DNA from: a virus | Lineage: Duplodnaviria; Heunggongvirae; Uroviricota; Caudoviricetes | Length of the DNA: 64,000 nucleotides | Virus record (IMG/VR): IMGVR_UViG_3300042934_000212 | Direction: 5' to 3' (one strand) | Shown: positions 54,719 through 64,000 of the stretch, one piece after another | Layout: every line of letters begins with the position of its first letter | Numbering within the stretch: the stretch's first letter is position 1 | Translations under genes and position numbers: made by a program | Notes under the pieces: model-generated | Told to the model about the DNA's origin: nothing | What the model saw: the letters and a program-made list of their open reading frames with translations, nothing else | The model's database searches: none

Positions 54719-55834
54719 TTAACGATTTTTGTTCATTCCTGATAATTTAGTAATTTCATCTAAGAAATCTAAGTCATCAGAGGACAAGTCATCATTGATA
54801 CTTTGGCGGTTTCCGGTAACTACTTTACCTTCCGTTAGAGTATTTTTAGCCTTATTATTAACTGCTGGACGGCTAGGATTAGCAGCAGATTCATTTACAG
54901 TACCCTTAAGAACAGACTTGTGGTACTTGCTGAAATTTTCTTTTAGCTTCTCGGTTGGAGATGTTGCTAGTAGAGATTCCATAATTTGTTTTTGCTGGGA
55001 AGTTAGTGGCTTTGTTAGTTCAGAGATGATTGCAGAACGTGCTGCGTTATCTTCCATGATACGAACTTTACGCTTAGCATTATCAGCTTCTTTACGTGCT
55101 TCACTTAAAGCAACAGTAGCGGAAATTGCTTTTTCTTCAGCTTCTTTAACAGATTCGTTTAGCTCACGAAGGATAGAACTTTCGTTATATTGCTTGCTAT
55201 AGAATTCGTTTGAGAATGCTTCGAAAATCTTACGACCAAACATATTTTGTTTTGCTTCTAGTAGTTCACCTTTAAGAGCACTTAGGTTCTTTTCGGTAGT
55301 CTCAGCAATATAAGTCGCTGCGGTTTCAGCAGTACGCTTAATGAAGTTTGCACGTGCTTCCGCAATTTGCTTACTTCCTTCTGCAATCAACTTAACGCGA
55401 GTTTCTACTAGTTCACGTTTTTCTTGATGGAAATCTTTAAGTTCTTCAGCTAGGACACGATTACTGAATCCCATGAATTTACTTAGACTTTCATTAATAG
55501 TTTTGCGTTCTTGACGCATGGTTTTTACTTCTTCAGCTAGTACTGTGTTAGCAAAGTCTGAGAAATTACCCAAAGTCTTACGAAGTTTAACGCGGTCTTC
55601 TACTAGTTTACGCTTTTCAGCATATACATCTGACATTTGTTCGCTGATTACTTCAGCCATCATTTTGTCTAGACCTTCTGTTAGTTTCGATAAGTCTTCT
55701 TGGTAACGTTCTTTCATTTCTTCACGCATTTCAGCAGCTACATTAGCTTTTTCTTCATTCCATGCTTCCTGAATAAGCTGTTTAGCTTCGTCAGAAAGAG
55801 ATGATTCTTTTAGAAACTTATCCAATTTTGACAT
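54719..55834 (-). CDS. gp22: Prohead core scaffold protein (gp22-like)
   Basis: Coiled-coil with many L-x-E sites, located between the protease and MCP genes. Confidence 0.8.
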   Translation of the reverse strand: MSKLDKFLKESSLSDEAKQLIQEAWNEEKANVAAEMREEMKERYQEDLSKLTEGLDKMMAEVISEQMSDVYAEKRKLVEDRVKLRKTLGNFSDFANTVLAEEVKTMRQERKTINESLSKFMGFSNRVLAEELKDFHQEKRELVETRVKLIAEGSKQIAEARANFIKRTAETAATYIAETTEKNLSALKGELLEAKQNMFGRKIFEAFSNEFYSKQYNESSILRELNESVKEAEEKAISATVALSEARKEADNAKRKVRIMEDNAARSAIISELTKPLTSQQKQIMESLLATSPTEKLKENFSKYHKSVLKGTVNESAANPSRPAVNNKAKNTLTEGKVVTGNRQSINDDLSSDDLDFLDEITKLSGMNKNR

Positions 55835-55898
55835 TCGTTTTCTCCTTTAAAGTACAGATAGTATCTGCACTTGATGTACAGATATTTATAAATTTATT

Positions 55899-56534
55899 TT
55901 AATAACCTTTCAAATCCTTAAAAAATTGATGAATTTCATTATCAATTCCTTTAGCATTTACATTGGTCGATTCAAATACACGTTTTGAACCAGTTACAGG
56001 TGATCCGTACTTACTATTTAGAGATTCAAATACCGCTTTAGGATACGCATCTGGAGCACTAGGTTGTGCTACAATATCAATAGTTACGATTTCAAAATCT
56101 GATACAATACCGTTATGGTCAACATTACCTGAACCACGTGAACTTACACCCAATTTAACGCCGCTCTCAATCATAGTGCGAATATCTTTACCGTGTGTAG
56201 TGTCAAGTAGCATAATAGTAGCCATACCATTTGCACCTTCCATCCAAACTTCAGTAATCATACCCACAACACGATCTAAGTTAACAGTTAGTGTTTCAGG
56301 GTGGTCACATTCACATAGAATACTTTCACCACGACGAATCCTTTCAGCCATGTTATTTACTGCTCTCGCAATCTCAGCGAAAGGATATACGCGTTCGTTC
56401 AAGTTTCTACGGTCAGCTTGAATTGCAATACCACGAAGGTAGCAATTCTTACGTCCAGTAACCTGATCCTCTTTGTACTCTAGTACTATTCTAGAATCAT
56501 TGAATGAAGACCATTCTCTAATCATATTGCTCAT
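55899..56534 (-). CDS. gp21: Prohead protease (gp21-like)
   Basis: N.N.RVYP, E.DHP, LGVSSRGSG and D.V..PSAPDAY motifs. Confidence 0.94.
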   Translation of the reverse strand: MSNMIREWSSFNDSRIVLEYKEDQVTGRKNCYLRGIAIQADRRNLNERVYPFAEIARAVNNMAERIRRGESILCECDHPETLTVNLDRVVGMITEVWMEGANGMATIMLLDTTHGKDIRTMIESGVKLGVSSRGSGNVDHNGIVSDFEIVTIDIVAQPSAPDAYPKAVFESLNSKYGSPVTGSKRVFESTNVNAKGIDNEIHQFFKDLKGY

Positions 56535-56556
56535 AAAAATGATCTCCGTTCTTTAA

Positions 56557-57423
56557 TTATTTTTGTTTTGGAAGTGGTGATTTAGAATTAGCAGCAGTGG
56601 TTTTTTGAACCTTAGCTGGCTTCATTACATTTTTACCTGAATCCATAACGTTGTTATTGTCGTCAGTGGTGTAGCTTAGTGTGTCAGCAGTATCGAAACT
56701 TTTTACAGTACCTGGATCTGAATGAGCACCATCTTTAATAGTTACTGGCTTAACACCATCAACTGGAGACTTAGCATTAGGAGCAACTACAGACTTCTTG
56801 TTAACACCAGCTTTCTCAGTTTTTTCTGGAGCGGTTACAGGTTTCATCTTGTATGCTTCACCAACTTTTTCTTCACCGAAATCTACATCAGAGAATTCGT
56901 CTTCTGATTCTTCTTCAGCATCACCGAAGTCATCAGATTGATCGTCGAATTCTGCATCCCCACCTTCGATTTCATCGAACATACGCTCTAATGAATCAAA
57001 TGCAGATTTGATAGATTCCCATTGGTCAGCGTCAGGTTGTGCACCGGATTCATCTGCATCAACATCTACGTCAACGTCAAAATCATCAGATTCTTCTTCT
57101 TCTTCTTCTTCTGCTAAACCAGAAGCTGAACCGCCGCCGATATTTACAGAGTTTCCACCACCAACATCAACTCCGAACATACCTTCATCAAGTTCTTCTT
57201 CTTCGTCTAGTTTGTAGCCAACATCATCAGTCATATCTTCTGAAGGATCGGTGTCTACGTCTTCGCAAACTTCTTCTTCCTCAGCTTCCATTTCTTCTTC
57301 TAGTTTCTTGTTAATTTCTTGTGCTTGTTCAACAAAGTACTTACGCATTTTTTTATCAGCTACTTCGTTGTCGCCATTAGCAAAAGCCTGGATAGCTTCT
57401 TGCAATAGTTTAATATTTGCCAT
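56557..57423 (-). CDS. Acidic prohead core protein (gp67-like position)
   Basis: Very acidic with LxE sites, between portal and protease; ATG 57423 has a GGAGGA RBS. Confidence 0.6.
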   Translation of the reverse strand: MANIKLLQEAIQAFANGDNEVADKKMRKYFVEQAQEINKKLEEEMEAEEEEVCEDVDTDPSEDMTDDVGYKLDEEEELDEGMFGVDVGGGNSVNIGGGSASGLAEEEEEEESDDFDVDVDVDADESGAQPDADQWESIKSAFDSLERMFDEIEGGDAEFDDQSDDFGDAEEESEDEFSDVDFGEEKVGEAYKMKPVTAPEKTEKAGVNKKSVVAPNAKSPVDGVKPVTIKDGAHSDPGTVKSFDTADTLSYTTDDNNNVMDSGKNVMKPAKVQKTTAANSKSPLPKQK

Positions 57424-57534
57424 TATATCCTCCAAAAGATATACAAAAATTTATTTTGGTATGTCATTATTTATTGAATGAAAAAATACCATTTTCAAAA
57501 AAGCTTAAAAATGGCACTTTTCAACTAAAATAAC

Positions 57535-57765
57535 TTACATCATGCCGCCGCCACCGCCAGCATCTGGAGCAGGTGCATAAACAACTGCTACCACTGCATT
57601 ACGTTTAGCAGCTTCGTTCTTTTTAAATTCTCGGTACTTTCTCAAGTTGTTGAGAATTTGCAATGTTAATTTAGGTTTGCGAGTATCGGTGATTTGATAT
57701 ACTGTCTGATCATCTTCAGGGTCATACATCGAATCATCTTTAGCTTCAAAAATTTCGTCCAACAT
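57535..57765 (-). CDS. Small prohead protein
   Basis: MLDEIFEA leader; TAAATA at ~57813. Confidence 0.55.
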   Translation of the reverse strand: MLDEIFEAKDDSMYDPEDDQTVYQITDTRKPKLTLQILNNLRKYREFKKNEAAKRNAVVAVVYAPAPDAGGGGGMM

Positions 57766-57824
57766 AACCTACATCCTTTATCATTTAATCGTTCATCTGA
57801 ACGAATCATAACTATTTATGCTCG

Positions 57825-59561
57825 TTAAAATGAATTGCCTAAACTATTTGGGTCAAATCCATCACCACCTGATTGATCCTGATATTCTGAATCGGCACCT
57901 TGTAAGTTACCGTCTTCATCCATACCTAAATCATTTTCTGGTGAATTTGGAGATTCAATACCTACTGATTGAAGACCCGCATCTGCTCCTGGAGCATTTT
58001 GACCAGAACTATCTTGCATAGCTGCTGGATTTTCTTGTAACCATAGTCTTTCGTTCTCAACTATATCGTCTTGTTCAAAGCCCATCTTCTTCATGATGAA
58101 TTGTTTAGAGAAATAGTGGAGGTCATTTAATGGCATATAAGTTTGAATTAGTTTAGCGTCCATTTCTGCCTTACGGTTTGCCGCAAAGTTCATTGGTGGG
58201 TTAAATGTAACTTCAAATGATGAAGCACTAATGTTATATCCATTTTTAATCATATAACGCTTAAATTCTTCATCGAAAATACGACAAATAATACGTTGAT
58301 AACGCATACATTCGTTGTTAAAGCGAAGTTCACTTGCCATTGCCTGTGTAGCACCGTCACCAAACATAGCAACACCGCCATCATCTGGACCCATTGGTAG
58401 ATAAGAAGCAGGAATCTGTAATCCACGAATTAATTTGTTATTGAAATAACGTAAGTCGTCAATCTGTCCTAAATTATCACCACCTGGTAAAGTTTCTACC
58501 GAAGAACCACGACCTTCCGCTGTTTGTGGGAAGAAATAGTCTTCTAGGATACTTAATGGGTTATATGCTGCGTCCATTAATGAAGTACTTCCACCTTTGT
58601 TAGAAGGAATTCTACGCTGGTGAATATCGTTCTTAACACGCTCTACATATGCCATTGCCTGATGAGGTTGCATATCACCTACGTCAATTTTAAATACACG
58701 ACGTTCTGGTGCACGTTGAACACGATAGATAATAATACTATCTTCCAAAAGTTCTTTTTGTTTGTAGACTTTAAAGATATTTTCTAAAATACTTGTACCA
58801 AAAGGCCAGAAAGGATCTTGTCCTGTATTTAGTGACAAGTGAATTACGTGTTCTGCCGCTACTGGTAGTACATCTAATTGTCCGTTAGTGCCGAATGGGT
58901 TAGAACTGTCAGTACTTCCACCTGCTGCTCCAGCAACTGAACCATATTGGTTTCCAGCACCGGAAAGTGAATTAGGTAATGAACCGTAAGCCTGTTTATC
59001 AAATCCTAACTGCGTATTACTCATTACTTTGTCACGAATGTTTAAAGAAATGTCACGCATATAATAAATTATTGGATTTTTACCAGTTGATTCATTTACT
59101 ACAACCTTATCGACGTTCATTGGGTTTACCCAATACCATTCGAAGGTTTCTGGATCACGAACAAAGAATTGATCGCCATATTTTAGAATTCCACGGATAA
59201 TGTCATAGATACGAACCTTGAATTCGTTCATGTCACTCCATGATTCTAGCCTGTCTTCCAATGTAGTGACTTCTGTATCACCCATTGTGTCTTTATATTG
59301 AATCTGGAATGGTAATCCAAAATCTTTAGTACTTTGTGTACAGAAATCCGCAATAATATTTAAAGCAGTGCGAATTTCAGGATCTTGGTCCATTTGATCG
59401 TATTGACGATAACGGTCAACACGGTTTGATAGTCCAGTGTAAACAGCCGGAAGATAAGAAGCGAAGTTTGTCTTCGCTCCTGATGACTGTACTGGATTGT
59501 TGTTTTGTGGGGTGCTCGATATTTTCGAACGCCCCATTGTCATATGACGCTTCCAACTCAT
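57825..59561 (-). CDS. gp20: Portal protein (gp20-like)
   Basis: YDQM..DPEI..A, LLEDSIIIYRVQRAPERRVFKIDVG, EDYFFP..EGRGS.VETLPGG.NLG and ELRF motifs. Confidence 0.96.
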   Translation of the reverse strand: MSWKRHMTMGRSKISSTPQNNNPVQSSGAKTNFASYLPAVYTGLSNRVDRYRQYDQMDQDPEIRTALNIIADFCTQSTKDFGLPFQIQYKDTMGDTEVTTLEDRLESWSDMNEFKVRIYDIIRGILKYGDQFFVRDPETFEWYWVNPMNVDKVVVNESTGKNPIIYYMRDISLNIRDKVMSNTQLGFDKQAYGSLPNSLSGAGNQYGSVAGAAGGSTDSSNPFGTNGQLDVLPVAAEHVIHLSLNTGQDPFWPFGTSILENIFKVYKQKELLEDSIIIYRVQRAPERRVFKIDVGDMQPHQAMAYVERVKNDIHQRRIPSNKGGSTSLMDAAYNPLSILEDYFFPQTAEGRGSSVETLPGGDNLGQIDDLRYFNNKLIRGLQIPASYLPMGPDDGGVAMFGDGATQAMASELRFNNECMRYQRIICRIFDEEFKRYMIKNGYNISASSFEVTFNPPMNFAANRKAEMDAKLIQTYMPLNDLHYFSKQFIMKKMGFEQDDIVENERLWLQENPAAMQDSSGQNAPGADAGLQSVGIESPNSPENDLGMDEDGNLQGADSEYQDQSGGDGFDPNSLGNSF

Positions 59562-59576
59562 TTTTATATAACTCCA

Positions 59577-61769
59577 TTATACATTTCGAGGTGCTTCAGT
59601 ATTATCTGCAATCTGTCTCAATATCTGTGCAACTTGACCGTTGTTCTGCCCTTGTTGTTCTAAACTATTTAGTATTTGTCCAAGTAGCTTATTTACAGCG
59701 TCATTAGCAGCATTACTTGCTGTTTGAGCTTGGGTAGATTCGGCTTGGTCTGCTTGTTCAACTTTTGCAGGTGGAGTATATTCTGGTGGAGCAGTTACTT
59801 GCTGTCTTCCCGCTGTTTGTGGTTGGGAAGCAGTTGGTGTAACTGGCTTAGCATCATTTGAAGCAGTTTTACCAGGGGCAACAGGTTCTGTCTTTTTATC
59901 GTCATCACCAGCCCACCACTTTTTAAACCTACTCATTGCGTCATTTAACTTATTGTTTAATGAATTATAGGTATCCATGAATGAATTTTTAAGACTATCG
60001 AATGAAAAGTCCATGCTACCTAACTTTTTGAACCCATCAATGATATTGTCATATAATGAACCAATTGCAGACTGTGCAGCTTCAGCTTTTTCATCGGAAC
60101 TTGAATTCCACCATCCAGTAATCTTATCCCATAGTAATTGGGGTAGATTCATAAAGTCATTCATGAATTTCTCAAAGGAATCGGATACTTTCTTATAACT
60201 ATCACCAAATAAATCATTAGCCCAGCCCTCTAACAGACCCTGAAGGTATAACATCCCACTATCAAAGATTTTAGGAATAGCTTTTAATGAATCTCTTATA
60301 AGTTTTGCTGAGAAATCCCATGCACCATCTGAATTATTTGCTAAATCTAATAAGTACTTTGCTGCTGATTCAGTCGTGTCTGCATAAAACTTGCTAAATG
60401 GTTCAGTAAAGGTTTTACCCAACCATAAATTAAATTTATTAGTAAATTCTTCAACAATTGGACTTGGATTATTCTTTGGATCATTCAAAAGTTTTTCAGT
60501 TTGTAGCATTTGACGGTGGAAATTTTCTGCTGCTGTATTACCAACTTGCCTATCAATATCTGCTTGCTTAGAAATCATGTCCTGATGTTCATGAATAAAG
60601 TTTGCTGTCATTCGGTTGATAGTACGTTGATCCGTAATACCAGATTTCTGAACACCTTGCATGAATTGTGCAAACTGTTGAGATATTTCATCGTTAAATT
60701 CTTCGGGCAATGAACCTAATGACCACTTCGAAGCATTTAATTGCTGTGCAGTCTTACCAAATTCACCCATAGAAGCAAACATACCATTCCAGGTCTTCAT
60801 AACTTCAATGGATTTTTCTTCCGTCATTCCTGCTTGACTTTGCAATGCAGAAATTGTTGCTCCAGTATCAATGTTATTACTTAAATCATTAAATCTAGAT
60901 AATAGTTCATCAACGCTCTTACCAACCGCTTTACTCAAATAAGTCATTGAGCCTACGAACTTTGTAGTACTCTGAGATTCGCTCATATTACGCATCGTCT
61001 GCTGACTAGCGTACATTTTTTCAAATTTAAAGTTTCTTGCAGTAATGTCAGCTAATTGTTGCTGAGATACCCCATATAACCCCATTTGTTCCTGTGTAAG
61101 TTGAACGGTATTTAGTAATTTACCAAAGTGTTCTACACCATCACCATATTGTGCTTCCATTGCAGCTAAAGCATCGCTGTTTTTAGTTACTGCCTGACTG
61201 AATTCATTAATACTCATGAATGCAGAACCAGAACCTTTACGTACTGTCAGCATACCATTAGCAAGGGTAAGACCAGCACTGTTTAATTGGTTATACATTT
61301 GTAATTGTTGGTTCAAATAGTCATAGACCATCGCACCAACTTGTACAATTTGCATAAATCCAGAAGCTACTAAACCGATTGGTCCAGGTAACATTCCTAG
61401 TGACCTTTGAAGTACTTTTGCTGAAGTACCTACTGCACCAACAACATTCTGAATATTACCGTTATTACCTAACGCGGTTCTTCCAAGGTTTCCAGCTTCA
61501 CCGAACAAATCCTTAAATGCATTCTTGAAGCTACTGCCTCCAGAATTGTTTCCATTTCCATTTCTTCTACGGTTGTTATTACGGTTTCCGCCATTTGAAC
61601 CACCAGAATTATTTCCATTGTTATTATTACCTGAACCAGAACCTGAATTTTTTCCAGTATTCTTTTTAACATCAAGTAGTATTTCACGCATTGCACTTAA
61701 ATTATCATTCATGGAAACACTTTGGTTTAACAATTCCTGTTGGATATAGTCGTTGCTTAATCCGGCCAT
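59577..61769 (-). CDS. Tape-measure-like protein
   Basis: Long helical Ala/Gln/Met-rich protein with periodic W/F in the C-terminal half; adjacent to the gp26-like gene; ATG 61769 has a GAGG RBS. Confidence 0.55.
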   Translation of the reverse strand: MAGLSNDYIQQELLNQSVSMNDNLSAMREILLDVKKNTGKNSGSGSGNNNNGNNSGGSNGGNRNNNRRRNGNGNNSGGSSFKNAFKDLFGEAGNLGRTALGNNGNIQNVVGAVGTSAKVLQRSLGMLPGPIGLVASGFMQIVQVGAMVYDYLNQQLQMYNQLNSAGLTLANGMLTVRKGSGSAFMSINEFSQAVTKNSDALAAMEAQYGDGVEHFGKLLNTVQLTQEQMGLYGVSQQQLADITARNFKFEKMYASQQTMRNMSESQSTTKFVGSMTYLSKAVGKSVDELLSRFNDLSNNIDTGATISALQSQAGMTEEKSIEVMKTWNGMFASMGEFGKTAQQLNASKWSLGSLPEEFNDEISQQFAQFMQGVQKSGITDQRTINRMTANFIHEHQDMISKQADIDRQVGNTAAENFHRQMLQTEKLLNDPKNNPSPIVEEFTNKFNLWLGKTFTEPFSKFYADTTESAAKYLLDLANNSDGAWDFSAKLIRDSLKAIPKIFDSGMLYLQGLLEGWANDLFGDSYKKVSDSFEKFMNDFMNLPQLLWDKITGWWNSSSDEKAEAAQSAIGSLYDNIIDGFKKLGSMDFSFDSLKNSFMDTYNSLNNKLNDAMSRFKKWWAGDDDKKTEPVAPGKTASNDAKPVTPTASQPQTAGRQQVTAPPEYTPPAKVEQADQAESTQAQTASNAANDAVNKLLGQILNSLEQQGQNNGQVAQILRQIADNTEAPRNV

Positions 61770-61835
61770 GTGTTTTTCCTCATAAATAATCGTATACAAA
61801 ATATATAGTATAGTCATATTTATTATGGAGTCGAT

Positions 61836-62693
61836 ATGAATAAGATGAACCCTTTATCAAAGTACACTAAAGTAGAAGTACTTTATGCTAAATTGGTAAG
61901 TAATGATGTTGTGAAATACCCTGAAGGTGTTTTACTTAATAACACGGTAGAATGTGGTATCTGTGCTCGTTCTGCACGTGATGAATTGATGTTCAATAAC
62001 CCTGATGCACTAATGAATGGTGAAGCAGTAGTTAATGTTATTGAAAACTGTGTTCCTAATATTGGAAACGCACGTAAACTTTTTGTACCAGATGTTGAGT
62101 TACTTCTAGTTGGTATTAAACTAGCAACTAAAGAACGTGAATATCACATCGAAGTTGATTGCCCTAACTGTAAGCATCACGGTGCATTTGAGCGAGATTT
62201 ACAAGTACTACTTGATAGTGCTGATTTACTTGAAGAACAACCAGAACTATTACTTGAAGATGTTGGTGGATTGCTACTAAAATTCCGTCCTCAAACTTGG
62301 GAAGAATATTCAGCATTCGGTCAGAATATGTTCCAACAACAGAAGAAAGCACAAGTCCTAGAGAATCGTGAAGATTTAACTGAAGCAGAGAAAATGGCTG
62401 TTTTTAGTGAGATTTTTGAAGTTATGACTAAACTAAGTTTTGATATGATTGTTTGTAATATTGACAGTATTGAAACTACAGAAGGAATGGTTATTACTGA
62501 GAAGGAGTTTATTGCAGAATGGTTAGGCGAACAGCCAGCATTTGTACTTAAACAAATTCGGGAAAAAGCAGATTGGATTAATAATACTGGTATCTCTCAC
62601 GAGATGGATGTGGGATGTTCTAGTTGTGGTCATGAATGGACTATTGAGAATCTTCAATTTGACCCTAGCAATTTTTTCGCACAAAGCTTCTAA
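61836..62693 (+). CDS. Baseplate hub/tail assembly protein (gp26-like)
   Basis: NPL..Y, A.DE....NPDAL.NG, D...LL..I, CPNC, CSSC and a terminal NFF. Confidence 0.75.
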   Translation: MNKMNPLSKYTKVEVLYAKLVSNDVVKYPEGVLLNNTVECGICARSARDELMFNNPDALMNGEAVVNVIENCVPNIGNARKLFVPDVELLLVGIKLATKEREYHIEVDCPNCKHHGAFERDLQVLLDSADLLEEQPELLLEDVGGLLLKFRPQTWEEYSAFGQNMFQQQKKAQVLENREDLTEAEKMAVFSEIFEVMTKLSFDMIVCNIDSIETTEGMVITEKEFIAEWLGEQPAFVLKQIREKADWINNTGISHEMDVGCSSCGHEWTIENLQFDPSNFFAQSF

Positions 62694-62713
62694 TCTCTGA
62701 ACCACACGAGATC

Positions 62714-62890
62714 ATGCAGGAGATAGCAGATCTAAGACTGAATTCAGAAGACATTAAGAATGGGCTTATGGAAGTGTCTGTATACATAGAAAATACTACG
62801 TATGAAATGCTATTGAATATGCCAGTGACCGATAGAGATTTGCTTGTGAAGCAATACAACAAAAAGGTTAAAAAAGAAAATAAGAGATAA
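62714..62890 (+). CDS. gp51-like small ORF (possibly a -1 frameshift extension of the gp26-like gene)
   Basis: Not in the ORF track. MQEIADLRLNSEDIKNGLMEVSVYIENTTYEMLLNMPVTDRDLLVKQYNKKVKKENKR; the frame is open from 62669. Confidence 0.7.
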   Translation: MQEIADLRLNSEDIKNGLMEVSVYIENTTYEMLLNMPVTDRDLLVKQYNKKVKKENKR

Positions 62891-62892
62891 CT

Positions 62893-62920
62893 AAGACCAG
62901 CCTTTGTGCTGGTTTTTTTT
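62893..62920 (+). terminator. Terminator after the gp26/gp51-like genes
   Basis: ACCAGC-CTTTGT-GCTGGT-TTTTTTT. Confidence 0.8.
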
Positions 62921-62944
62921 GTATCTGAATTATTATAACTCTTT

Positions 62945-63630
62945 AGATTTGCCATACTTCGTATGTCAAAGAATTTTCGTTGTCTGTACATTCACTGCGT
63001 TCTGTACTGAACAACTCAATTCAGTTCTATTTCTTAATTCTCTTATTAATAACTGTTACGTTCAACACTATTATACTGACGAGATTTTGTAGAGGACTTT
63101 ATCATCCCCCCGCAGGGGAATGAAGACAATAAAAAAGTACCAATTAAGGTACTGATATTGTTCTGACGATGATAGTCGTCGGATTTAATTGTATCGTAAA
63201 TTTCTTATTAGAACGAAAGCGGGTTGATCTGTTTCTCTCTATTACGGTCATGTTCAACGGTCGTGGGCTTACCACACTCAGCCTTAAGTCTATACAATCA
63301 AACTTAAAACCTATTCAACTGAAAATGGACGGATTTATATTGTATAAATTCCATCGCAAAAATTAACATCAGTTAAATTCCCTTAGCTTTTTGGTAGGGC
63401 GATTCCTATATATCTATCGAGGATGTTCTGTTAAGCCTAATGAACATCTTTATAGTGCCGTATTGCCGTGATTCGTAGTCTTATGTCGCTTTGTATGACT
63501 GCTAGTACTCTAACGGGTGTCTTCTGCACTTCGAACTGCTTGAACTTCTCATCTATCCTCTACATTTTCGAGTGAATTAGGTTCTATTTTATCAGTACCG
63601 TTCAGTACCGCCAAGCAGGGTTGTTTTACT
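62945..63630. other. Long structured non-coding region (candidate ncRNA or replication origin)
   Basis: No credible ORF; at least eight hairpins and a long-range helix 63088-63096/63556-63564; a promoter points into it. Confidence 0.5.
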
Positions 63631-63638
63631 ACATTCAT

Positions 63639-63667
63639 ATTATACCACAAAAAAGCTTTCTGTTTCA
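63639..63667 (-). promoter_or_regulatory. TGAAAC-N17-TATAAT promoter facing the non-coding region
   Basis: Minus strand reads TGAAACAGAAAGCTTTTTTGTGGTATAAT. Confidence 0.8.
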
Positions 63668-63709
63668 CATTCTTGTAAATACATATACGTAGACTTTTTT
63701 GGGGTACAT

Positions 63710-64000
63710 ATGAAGAAAAGATTAAAAAATCCTAAAGAGGCAGCAGCCTATAGGAATGAACTATTAAAAAAACAAAAAGGTATTGATCCCATTTTAGGTA
63801 TTCCGATTACCAAACCTGTTCTTGATCACCAACACTCAGGCAACCAACATTGTCGTGAAGTACTTCAAAATGAAGTAAACGGTTGGGAAGGTAGAGTAGT
63901 TAACTCATATCGTAGATGCCTTGGACATTTAACGGATAAACCAATACATGAAGTACTAAGAAATCTTGCAGACTATATTGAGCGTAATGGTAATATACCA
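63710..64000 (+). CDS. Recombination endonuclease VII-like protein (runs off the window)
   Basis: Manual translation MKKRLKNPKEAAAYRNELLKKQKGIDPILG...VLDHQH....CREVL..EVNGWEG...LRNLADY; TAAATA at 63676. Confidence 0.8.
   Translation, partial: MKKRLKNPKEAAAYRNELLKKQKGIDPILGIPITKPVLDHQHSGNQHCREVLQNEVNGWEGRVVNSYRRCLGHLTDKPIHEVLRNLADYIERNGNIP

Noticed and set aside
61540-61660. Asn/Gly/Ser low-complexity tract as a DNA repeat element
   Set aside because: It is an in-frame low-complexity linker of the tape-measure-like gene, with no regular unit.
63085-63105. RNase P- or tmRNA-like identity for the non-coding region (minus-strand GATAAAGTCC resembles GGAAAGTCC)
   Set aside because: No matching P4 partner strand, tRNA-like ends or tag ORF was found; the match is too short.

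Overview
An AT-rich (~35% GC) 64-kb segment of a large lytic myovirus genome with a divergent T4-like core. Its gene set and organisation resemble the GAP32/RaK2/121Q-type enterobacterial jumbo phages (inference, no search run). Most genes are on the minus strand, with replication and morphogenesis genes interleaved. Replication and metabolism: topoisomerase II large subunit, Dda, RNase HI, DHFR, NrdA/NrdB, gp41 helicase, primase, clamp and clamp-loader subunit, UvsW/X/Y, gp32, RNase H and a family-B polymerase. Morphogenesis: terminase, portal, prohead protease, scaffold, major capsid, tail fibre, tape-measure-like and gp26/gp51-like genes, plus endonuclease VII. Two promoter classes are visible: TGAAAC-N17-TATAAT with an extended -10, and late TAAATA. 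Highlights: a late operon of probable capsid-packaged HExxH/GNAT/KTSC effectors gated by an RBS-sequestering hairpin; a catalytically dead terminase paralog; a 216-aa minimal DnaE-like polymerase; phage IF-3, YggL-like and Hfq-like translation factors; a tandem T-holin-like pair; a probable -1 frameshift joining the gp26- and gp51-like ORFs; a ~750-nt structured non-coding region; and strong enrichment of the palindrome AGTACT. No tRNA, CRISPR array, intron or intein was recognised.
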